A DNA stretch of 64,000 nt. It comes from Candidatus Iainarchaeum sp. (GTDB lineage Archaea > Iainarchaeota > Iainarchaeia > Iainarchaeales > JAGVWC01). Each line of letters begins with the position of its first letter. The first letter of the stretch is position 1. The notes beneath the pieces were generated by a model. The model was not told the DNA's origin, made no database searches, and saw only the letters and a program-made list of their open reading frames with translations. A program made the translations under genes and the position numbers. The stretch is from assembly GCA_018304465.1 (NCBI GenBank), contig JAGVWC010000008.1:64001-128000 (forward strand). Direction: 5' to 3'. This document shows, in pieces, positions 56,442 to 64,000 of the stretch.

Positions 56442-59400
56442 ATGGGCTTAGGCGACCAATTACGCGACGCAATGGAAAAACTGCGAAAAAGCACGTTTTC
56501 CGACCGCGACGAAATCAAAAGCATCGTCAAATCCATGCAACGCGCACTGATTTCAGCCGACGTACCCGTCAAACTCGTGCTCGAAGTATCCAAAAAAATC
56601 GAAGACGCCGCGTTCTCCGAACTTGCACCCGGACTCAACCGCCGCGAACACGTATTGAAAAACGCGTACGACAACCTCGCCGAAATACTCGGAGGACAAA
56701 CCAAACCCCCCCAAAACCCCAAACGCATTCTCATGGTCGGATTGTTCGGCTCCGGAAAATGCGTTCATCCTTTGACGATTGTGCCGACTGCGAACGGGTG
56801 CGTTGAAACAATCCAAAAAATATACGAGAAAAACCCGGAAACGGAATTGACGCTCGAAGACGGATTTGTGAAAGAGTTGTCGAATCCGATCGAAGTTTTC
56901 TCGCTTAATCCACTCAACTTGAAAATGACAAGGGGAACAGTTTCACACATCTGGAAATTAAAAAAAGACAAATCCCTATACAAAGTCGCACTAGACAACG
57001 GAAACAATCACGCAGTAATTGTCACACCGGAGCACCCGTTTTTTGTACTTGAAAACGCCCATATTAAAAAAACCAAAGCCGAGGAACTCACCGCGGGCGC
57101 ATTTGTTGCGACACCAAGACAACTTCCTCTGCCAGAAAAACAAATCCCAATTAAGTACCTAGAGCAAAATCTTCCGCAGTCCTTTCAAGTGGTCTGCCCG
57201 GAACTGATAAATGAAGCCAAACAGTTTATGATCGCAAAATTTCATTCACTCACGAACGCATTTAACATTCTCGGAGAAGACTATGCGTATTGTACATTCA
57301 CTGCAAACCTGAAGCGCGGGATATTGCGATTCTCAACTTTAAAAAAACTGAGGAATCAAGGGTTTGAGCCAAATGGAACACAGGAGATAAAGTTGAAAGA
57401 ATTTGGCACGGGAGCGCGAACAATCCAGGTACCTAACCAACTAACGACCGAAATGGCGGAATTCATGGGGTATTTTTTTGCAGACGGCCATATGAGAAAG
57501 GAATATGTTGAAATTACCAACGAATCGAATGAAATACTCGATCGGATAGAAAAAATTGGAATGCGACTATTCCAGAAAAAACCGTGTCGAAAACAAGACA
57601 AGAGAAACGCTAACGTAAAACAAATCCTGTTCTGCTCAGGAGTCTTGACCAAGGCGCTTAACACGGTTTTTGGATTTCCATATTTTAAAAAAAGTGACAT
57701 CATTCGCATACCCCCCATGATTTTGCAGGCGACAAAGGAAAATAAGTATGCCTTTTTGCAGGCATACTTTGACTGCGACGGCTACGTGTCAAAAAACACT
57801 CGTCAGATAGAATTTTGCACTGCGAGTCCCCTCTTTGCTGAAGACCTGCGAATACTGCTCACAAGCCTTGAGATGCAGCCAAATTATAGCAAAAAGAAAA
57901 TCAAGGACAAATATTACTACCGCGTCTGTATCAAATGCAAGGACGTGGAAACCTTCTTTCAGCGAGTAGGATCCCGAATTCCTTTCAAGCAAAAACGCCT
58001 TGCGGGAATGTCTGAAATCGGAGTCGGCCAAACACTTGGAAAAAATGAATTGCTCCATGTCGGCCAATCCATCCGAGACGTTCGAAACCAACAGGGTGCA
58101 ACCATTGGAGACATACAGCACCATGTTGGTTCCTACGGAATATACGAACAAGAAGGATTGATATCCCGCAATTCTCTTAAAAAATTCATTGAAGCGATCA
58201 CGACTAAAACAAAAAACAAGAACAATCAGATACTCCAAAACACAATTCAACCGAAAAAACTGAATGAGTTAAGCACTGCGTTTCAAGAACCGCTTGGCTG
58301 GGTCAACGCCAATGTTTTTCGCCTGAAAGAACTTGGATTTGTCACATATTCCAACGGGGAAGTACAAACAACCGAACTCGGAAAGCAACTGCTTGAAAAA
58401 AACCAAAAAGACGAAGGGCTAGAACTTAAAAAACTAGAGTTGCTTGCCCATTCAGACATCACATGGATGAAAGTCAAGAAGATCGAGCTCGTTGACAACA
58501 CGGAATACGTGTACGACCTCACAGTTGATGAATACCATAACTTTGTTGCTAACCAGTTTATTGTACACAATACCACCACTTCCGGAAAACTCTGTCACTA
58601 TTACCAAAAACGCGGAAAAAAAGTCGGACTGATCGCCGCGGACACGTTTCGACCCGCGGCCATGGAACAACTTGAACAAATCGCCAAAAAAATCAACGCC
58701 ACCGTCATCCTTGACAAAAACGAAACCAAACCCGAAAAAATAATCCAACAAGGATTACAACGCGAAAAAGAATTCGATTTGCTTATCTGCGATTCCGCCG
58801 GACGCAACGCGCTTGATTCCGAATTAGAACAAGAAATCAAAACCATCAACCAAACCTTCAAGCCCGACCAAGCCTGGCTCGTGCTCGGCGCGGACCTCGG
58901 ACAAATCGCCGGAACCCAAGCCAAAGCGTTTCACGACGCGGTCGGCGTCAACGGCGTGATCGTCACGCGCATGGACGGAAGCGCCAAAGGCGGCGGAACA
59001 CTCGCGGCCTGCCGCCAAACCAACAGCCCCGTGTACTTTATCGGAACCGGCGAAAAAACATCCGACCTCGAAGAATTCGACGCGGTGCGATTCCTGTCCC
59101 GCATCATGGGATACGGAGACCTCCAATCGCTTTTGGAAAAAGCCCAAGAAGCCGCACAAGACACCGACATGGGACTCGAAGAACTGCTCGAACACGACTA
59201 CACCCTGGAAACGTTTTACAAACAACTCGAAGCCACCAACAAAATCGGCACCATGGACAAAATCATGGAAATGGTCGGAATGAAACAACAACTCCCAAAA
59301 GAAGCGGCGGAACAAGGACAAAAAAAACTCGAACAATTCCGGTTCATGATGCAAAGCATGACCAAAAAAGAAAAACAAAACCCCGATCTGATCAATTCCA

Positions 59401-59600
59401 GCCGAATTCGCCGCATCGCCCGCGGAAGCGGCAACACCCAGGAAAACGTGCGCGAATTGCTCAAACAATACAAGCGAATGAAAAACGCGTTCAAACAACT
59501 CAAAGGACTCGACGAAAAAAAACTACAACAAGGAATGGACATGAAAAAACTGCAGGAAATGTTTTCCCCGAAAAAAAAGAAAAAACTCCGTTTCCGCTAA
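56442..59600 (+). CDS. srp54: Signal recognition particle protein SRP54 with intein
   Basis: RALISADV, GLFGSGK|intein|TTT, DTFRPAA, DSAGR, GTGEK, SRIMGYGD, M-domain SRIRRIARGSG. Confidence 0.95.
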   Translation: MGLGDQLRDAMEKLRKSTFSDRDEIKSIVKSMQRALISADVPVKLVLEVSKKIEDAAFSELAPGLNRREHVLKNAYDNLAEILGGQTKPPQNPKRILMVGLFGSGKCVHPLTIVPTANGCVETIQKIYEKNPETELTLEDGFVKELSNPIEVFSLNPLNLKMTRGTVSHIWKLKKDKSLYKVALDNGNNHAVIVTPEHPFFVLENAHIKKTKAEELTAGAFVATPRQLPLPEKQIPIKYLEQNLPQSFQVVCPELINEAKQFMIAKFHSLTNAFNILGEDYAYCTFTANLKRGILRFSTLKKLRNQGFEPNGTQEIKLKEFGTGARTIQVPNQLTTEMAEFMGYFFADGHMRKEYVEITNESNEILDRIEKIGMRLFQKKPCRKQDKRNANVKQILFCSGVLTKALNTVFGFPYFKKSDIIRIPPMILQATKENKYAFLQAYFDCDGYVSKNTRQIEFCTASPLFAEDLRILLTSLEMQPNYSKKKIKDKYYYRVCIKCKDVETFFQRVGSRIPFKQKRLAGMSEIGVGQTLGKNELLHVGQSIRDVRNQQGATIGDIQHHVGSYGIYEQEGLISRNSLKKFIEAITTKTKNKNNQILQNTIQPKKLNELSTAFQEPLGWVNANVFRLKELGFVTYSNGEVQTTELGKQLLEKNQKDEGLELKKLELLAHSDITWMKVKKIELVDNTEYVYDLTVDEYHNFVANQFIVHNTTTSGKLCHYYQKRGKKVGLIAADTFRPAAMEQLEQIAKKINATVILDKNETKPEKIIQQGLQREKEFDLLICDSAGRNALDSELEQEIKTINQTFKPDQAWLVLGADLGQIAGTQAKAFHDAVGVNGVIVTRMDGSAKGGGTLAACRQTNSPVYFIGTGEKTSDLEEFDAVRFLSRIMGYGDLQSLLEKAQEAAQDTDMGLEELLEHDYTLETFYKQLEATNKIGTMDKIMEMVGMKQQLPKEAAEQGQKKLEQFRFMMQSMTKKEKQNPDLINSSRIRRIARGSGNTQENVRELLKQYKRMKNAFKQLKGLDEKKLQQGMDMKKLQEMFSPKKKKKLRFR
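56760..58571 (+). mobile_element. Intein (604 aa) with LAGLIDADG endonuclease in SRP54
   Basis: CVHPLT...VTPEHPF...GYFFADG...AYFDCDG...VYDLTV...IVHN|T. Confidence 0.93.
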
Positions 59601-60076
59601 GTCTTAATCAGACGCGCCACGACATACGTCCAAACCAAAAAAATGGCCAGGGACTCGACCGCCCATTCCAAAATCAACAACAACGGCAGATTGATTAACA
59701 GCAACAACGACGCCGTATACGGAACAATGCTTAGTCCGAACACCAGCGACGAAAAACTAATCGTGGCTCGCGACGGATTCTTGGTGTCGATCACCGGCCG
59801 CACCCAGGAAAACAACGCGAAAAACATGGCGCCCAACCCAAAATTAACCACAAAACTCAGCACAAAAAACGATACCGGTGGCGCCGCGTTAGAGGGCATC
59901 ATCAGCGGACTCCACACCCCAAAAAAAGCAGGATCCAAATAATACGACATGGTCAACAACGCGCCGATCATGCGCACGACCTGGCCGATGACGGCAAACG
60001 CGATTCCCGCCCAAAACGCGGAACTCCAGTTAAACCCTTTGAAAGCGATTTTGATTTCACCGGTTTTTGGCGCCAT
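59597..60076 (-). CDS. Four-TM membrane protein
   Basis: Four hydrophobic segments. Confidence 0.7.
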   Translation of the reverse strand: MAPKTGEIKIAFKGFNWSSAFWAGIAFAVIGQVVRMIGALLTMSYYLDPAFFGVWSPLMMPSNAAPPVSFFVLSFVVNFGLGAMFFALFSWVRPVIDTKNPSRATISFSSLVFGLSIVPYTASLLLLINLPLLLILEWAVESLAIFLVWTYVVARLIKT

Positions 60077-60195
60077 ATTTTCCAGTACTAAAATCCAAAA
60101 TATAAAGGTATCGAAACCATCGCTTCAAGGTTTTCAACAGCCAGCCAGTACGCTAAAATAAAAGCCTTTTTGCCTTCAATCCCAGCGAACCCCAC

Positions 60196-61020
60196 ATGGA
60201 TTTGCTCATCATCGAAAAAGCGATCGTTGGAATCGCCACCGCCATCGCCGCATACACCGATTACAAAACCGGCTACATTTACGACTGGATCACGATTCCA
60301 CTCGTCGTCATCGGCGCGATTCTACGCATCTGGCAACAAGACTGGATCGGACTCGGCCTTGGCATCGGCGTGTTCGTTTTCCTGTACGCCTTGTACTACA
60401 CCGGAAAACTCGGCGGCGGCGACGTCAAACTATTCTCCGGAATCACGCTCGTCATCCCGACACTCGAAGGACAATTCTTTTTGTTTAACGTATTGTTTTT
60501 TGCGGCCGCAAGCGCGCTTGGATTCTATTCTCTGTATTACTTGTTTCGCATCTGGAAAGAAAAAATAAAAATCGACTGGAAAGAAAACCACGACCAGGTC
60601 CGCATGGCGTTTCTGTTGGGCGTATTCTCGGTTACGTTTCTTGGACTCATGATTTTCACCCACGCCTTGTCGCTTTACGTCGGAATCGCGATACTCGCAT
60701 TGTTTTTACTCGCATGTATCTACATCGGCGTCGAACACACCGTCAAGAAAAACTTTTTTCTCGAACACGTCGGCCTGGAAAAACTCGAAGAAGACGAAAT
60801 CATCGCAACAGAGTTTTTAACCAAAGAACAACTTGAAAAAAGCGGACTCAACCTCAAAAAAATCGTTGGAGAAACCGAAAAACAAAAACTCGAAAAACTC
60901 GGAATCACGAAAGTGCCGGTGTACCGAAACGCGCCCCGCTTTGGACCGTTCATTTTCGTCGGAACCCTGATCGCGCTCGCGGTACCAGAGTTTTTCTCGA
61001 TCCTGTTTTTTTCATTCTGA
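60196..61020 (+). CDS. Prepilin peptidase, A24 family (PibD/FlaK-like)
   Basis: AYTDYK, LGGGDVK (GxGD), PRFGPFIFVG. Confidence 0.9.
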   Translation: MDLLIIEKAIVGIATAIAAYTDYKTGYIYDWITIPLVVIGAILRIWQQDWIGLGLGIGVFVFLYALYYTGKLGGGDVKLFSGITLVIPTLEGQFFLFNVLFFAAASALGFYSLYYLFRIWKEKIKIDWKENHDQVRMAFLLGVFSVTFLGLMIFTHALSLYVGIAILALFLLACIYIGVEHTVKKNFFLEHVGLEKLEEDEIIATEFLTKEQLEKSGLNLKKIVGETEKQKLEKLGITKVPVYRNAPRFGPFIFVGTLIALAVPEFFSILFFSF

Positions 61021-61021
61021 A

Positions 61022-62077
61022 TCAAAAAATGGTTTCTTCCGGAACAAACGTCGCGCCTTGACAAAAAATCTCGCCGGGTTCGTTGACTTTTCCCGTGACC
61101 TCAAAACGGCAATCCAACAGTTTTTCGCAAACATCAATGTTGGAAAACACGTGCTCGTCCAGTTGGGTAACTGACAATTTCGATTTTCCCTTGGCCAATG
61201 CCATGAAAGGAACCAACTGATCCGCCAAAAACATATCCACGGGCCGATGAAGATCCAATTGGTTTAATAATTTTTTAGCCGCTTCCAGCCCCACGGCCTC
61301 CGCGGTTTTTCCTGTCAAACCCAACGCACTTGCGGACAACACCGCACCCGAAGAAAAACGCGCAAACAACGACAAACCCGACCCTTTCGAATACCCGTTT
61401 TCTTTTGCCGAAACTTCTTCCACAAAATCCACGTTCAAAGCAGAAAGCGCTTTTTTGGCCGAAAGCACTTGACGATTCGCCACCGTCGATGGAAGAGAAG
61501 AACAATGCGAAACCAAGGAAACCGACTGCAACGAACCCGCTTCTTGCAAGGAAACGGGCTTTAAGGGAAACACGGCGGGTCGCGTTGAAAAAATCACCGC
61601 GCCGCGTCCTTTGGGATAATACCCTCTGGCCGACAACTCCGCTTCACATTTGACGCCCATTCGTTTTAGCACCGGAAACAACACCCACTCCAAAAACTCG
61701 ATCGGAGGCGACCACGGAACGTTTGTTCCACCGGTTAATCGCAATTTATTCTTCACCAAAAGAGAAGGAATCAGGACCGATTCCAGCAACAGCGAAACGC
61801 TTCCCGCGGTTCCGGTATTGGCCACGAGTTGTGACGCCACCAGCTTTTGGGGTTCAAACAAAACCGTCTGCGAATTCAACACCGCGCCCTGCACTTTGCC
61901 GGCACACAATTGAGAAAGCAACTGCACCGCCGTCAAATGCTGCGGCTGCAACCCCGGTTTTTCGCGAAGCAAACGAATTTTTTCAATTTTAACCGGCTTT
62001 TGAGTCAAGGCACTTAACCCGATGGCGGAGCGAAGCACTTGGCCGCCTTTCGAGCCATCGATCAAAATTGGTTCCAT
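61022..62077 (-). CDS. rtcA: RNA 3'-terminal phosphate cyclase
   Basis: IDGS.GGQVLR, PGLQPQH, TAGS..L, GYYPKG.G, LADQL, H..SN. Confidence 0.93.
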   Translation of the reverse strand: MEPILIDGSKGGQVLRSAIGLSALTQKPVKIEKIRLLREKPGLQPQHLTAVQLLSQLCAGKVQGAVLNSQTVLFEPQKLVASQLVANTGTAGSVSLLLESVLIPSLLVKNKLRLTGGTNVPWSPPIEFLEWVLFPVLKRMGVKCEAELSARGYYPKGRGAVIFSTRPAVFPLKPVSLQEAGSLQSVSLVSHCSSLPSTVANRQVLSAKKALSALNVDFVEEVSAKENGYSKGSGLSLFARFSSGAVLSASALGLTGKTAEAVGLEAAKKLLNQLDLHRPVDMFLADQLVPFMALAKGKSKLSVTQLDEHVFSNIDVCEKLLDCRFEVTGKVNEPGEIFCQGATFVPEETIF

Positions 62078-62150
62078 CGTTCTTCCCCGTTCCAACCAGT
62101 ACTATTTTAGGCACTGAAAAGTAATATATGCACTACCGGTGCCAACGAAC

Positions 62151-62279
62151 ATGCAACGCGAACAACAACGCAGTGGATGGGTTATTCTCGTGGTAATCCT
62201 CGCGATTGCCGGACAAACCCTGATCACCGACCTTGACGAATGGACCCCCAAAGCGAGTCATCTCAAGAAAAACCCTTAA
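62151..62279 (+). CDS. Possible small single-TM protein (42 aa, not in ORF track)
   Basis: MQREQQRSGWVILVVILAIAG...; TATA-like TAATATAT upstream. Confidence 0.4.
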   Translation: MQREQQRSGWVILVVILAIAGQTLITDLDEWTPKASHLKKNP

Positions 62280-62338
62280 AACACCAAAACAACCATTAAA
62301 TACTTAATTTCCCAAATCCAATTAAAACAGGTGAAAAA

Positions 62339-63256
62339 TTGAAAATACTCGTAACCGGAAGCAACGGACTCGTCGGAAGCGAAGTCGCCAAACTATTACG
62401 ACAAAAAAACATCGAAGTCATCGAATACGCAATTCAAAACAAAGACGACATTTCCGACGAAGAAAAACTCAAGAAAAAAACAAGCCGCTGCGACGCCGTG
62501 ATTCACCTCGCCGCGATTCTGGACGAAAACGCATCGCACGAAACCCTTTGGAAAACCAACGTCGACGGAACCAAAAACGTTCTTGAAGCCTGCGCCGCCA
62601 ACCGCGTGCCGCGATTACTGTTCGCAAGCACAGTGGGCGTCTACGGATCCCAAAGCGGATCCAAAACCGAAGAAACGCCCGTCCAACCCGAAACCGAATA
62701 CGAAAAAAGCAAAACCGAAGCCGAAAAACTCGTGGTCTCCTACCAAGAACTGGTTCCGTACACGATTCTTCGCAGCGCCCTTGTGATCGGCCCCAACACG
62801 TACTGGCAACAAATCGTTTCCATCGTGAAAAAAAACATTCCATTAATTGGGACCGGCGCCAACACCTGGCAAACGATTTACTACAAAGACCTTGCCAACG
62901 CGATTGTGTTCTTTTTATTTTTGGACACGGCCGAAAACGAAACCATTCTTGTTGCCAGCGAAGAAAAACCCCGCTTGATTGAAATCGTCGAAACCCTGCG
63001 AAGCCAACTCGGACTCCAAAACCCCGCCCCCACCGTCTCCGAATTCGTCGGAAAAATCATGGCCACGTTGCTTGGAATCTGGTTCGCGATTCAGGGCAAA
63101 CCCAACATTCTATCCGAAAGCCACATCAAACGACTGCTGCGCGAACGAAATTACGATTTAACCAAAGCCCACGCATACGGATGGAAAGCCAAATATACCT
63201 ACCAAAAAGCCCTCAAAGAAAGCATTCAAGCCATACAAACCGATGCCAAAGAATAA
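62339..63256 (+). CDS. NAD-dependent epimerase/dehydratase
   Basis: VTGSNGLVG, HLAA, NVDGT, YEKSK. Confidence 0.9.
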   Translation: MKILVTGSNGLVGSEVAKLLRQKNIEVIEYAIQNKDDISDEEKLKKKTSRCDAVIHLAAILDENASHETLWKTNVDGTKNVLEACAANRVPRLLFASTVGVYGSQSGSKTEETPVQPETEYEKSKTEAEKLVVSYQELVPYTILRSALVIGPNTYWQQIVSIVKKNIPLIGTGANTWQTIYYKDLANAIVFFLFLDTAENETILVASEEKPRLIEIVETLRSQLGLQNPAPTVSEFVGKIMATLLGIWFAIQGKPNILSESHIKRLLRERNYDLTKAHAYGWKAKYTYQKALKESIQAIQTDAKE

Positions 63257-63297
63257 AGAATTAAAACAATCCCCGCATAAAAGGATAGAAAAAAACT

Positions 63298-64000
63298 ATG
63301 CCCGCACGCAAAATCCCCCAGCAAAAAGCCAATGCCCGGCTACGCAAAAAAATCCCAAAAAACTGGGACAGCCTGGATCCAAAGCATATTCCGGACAAAC
63401 GGCAAAGAGACAAACTCAAACGAATACTGCCCATTCCCGGCAAACTAAAGAAATTTCTGGCCAAGCGAAAAATACGGCCCTTTGCCCCCAAAGAACGCGG
63501 ATTCCGCTTACCCAACCAGGAAATCGGCCCCATCAAACGCGCGACCAACCGAATGCGTTTCATTTACGACCACTACTGGTCCACTTCAGCCGCCGAAATC
63601 GCACAACGCCAACGACTTCAAAAACAGATCCACCAAGGACACAGCCAATTCACGAACCTGACACGATGGGAAAAAAGACGCTTGAACGAATTACTCCAAC
63701 AACAAATCGCGGCAATCGGAAGAGAACGCGGACGCTTTCAAAACAAATACAAAGTCGTTGACGATCGGATCGATGACGAAGCCCTGCGACGACTGGACAT
63801 CCACCCGGATTATCCCGCGGTTCACTCCCGACGCGCGTACATGGAAAACCTTCGAGACGCGCTTCGAAAACCAGGACAACACGCCGTCGGACTCGTGGAC
63901 GTCGACAACTTGTCCCGTGTAAGCACTGAAATCGATCACGCCAAAGCCGGAAAAATCGTCGATATTTTGGCCGAAAGCCTCTCCGAAGTCCTAAAACCGC
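63298..64000 (+). CDS. Basic-leader orphan with GGDEF-like domain, 3' partial (not in ORF track)
   Basis: MPARKIPQQK...; ALRRLDIHPDYPAVHSRRAYMENL...AVGLVDVDNLSRVSTEIDHAKAGKIVDILAESL. Confidence 0.7.
   Translation, partial: MPARKIPQQKANARLRKKIPKNWDSLDPKHIPDKRQRDKLKRILPIPGKLKKFLAKRKIRPFAPKERGFRLPNQEIGPIKRATNRMRFIYDHYWSTSAAEIAQRQRLQKQIHQGHSQFTNLTRWEKRRLNELLQQQIAAIGRERGRFQNKYKVVDDRIDDEALRRLDIHPDYPAVHSRRAYMENLRDALRKPGQHAVGLVDVDNLSRVSTEIDHAKAGKIVDILAESLSEVLKP

Noticed and set aside
63243-63761. Track ORF MPKNKELK (172 aa)
   Set aside because: An overlapping frame from 63298 stays open to the window end and has domain-like sequence
1-64000. CRISPR arrays, rRNA, SRP RNA, RNase P RNA, transposases
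   Set aside because: None recognised by eye; intergenic gaps are short. A covariance-model search would be needed to exclude small ncRNAs

Overview
Archaeal chromosome segment, most consistent with a DPANN lineage. Iainarchaeota/Diapherotrites is a guess, not established. The housekeeping backbone covers translation and RNA processing (ABCE1/RLI, pelota, Elp3, Taw3, CCA enzyme, aEF-1beta, Pth2, RbgA-like GTPase, RtcA, and an rnp4-S19e-PDCD5-L39e-L31e-aIF6-LX-pfdA-ftsY cluster), repair (Rad50-like, HerA, NurA, Hjc), DnaG, Rpo6 and SRP54. There are four tRNAs (Arg-UCG with a BHB intron, Val-UAC, Gly-GCC, Gly-UCC) and dispersed type IV pilus parts. Three inteins, in Rad50, HerA and SRP54, all sit directly after a P-loop GSGK. 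The most striking signal is about ten orphan genes, most with Arg/Lys/Pro-rich N-termini and no hydrophobic signal peptide. Several carry degenerate bacterial-type regulatory modules: sigma-70 regions 2+4, a GGDEF-like domain, [ED]RR repeats reminiscent of c-di-GMP-binding regions, a PTP fold, a PvcA-like fold and MerR-like HTHs. One such orphan lies convergently just behind each of the four tRNAs. A catalytically eroded PolB-like gene and a LAGLIDADG-like remnant abutting tRNA-Arg are also present. All family assignments are by-eye motif recognition; no searches were run.
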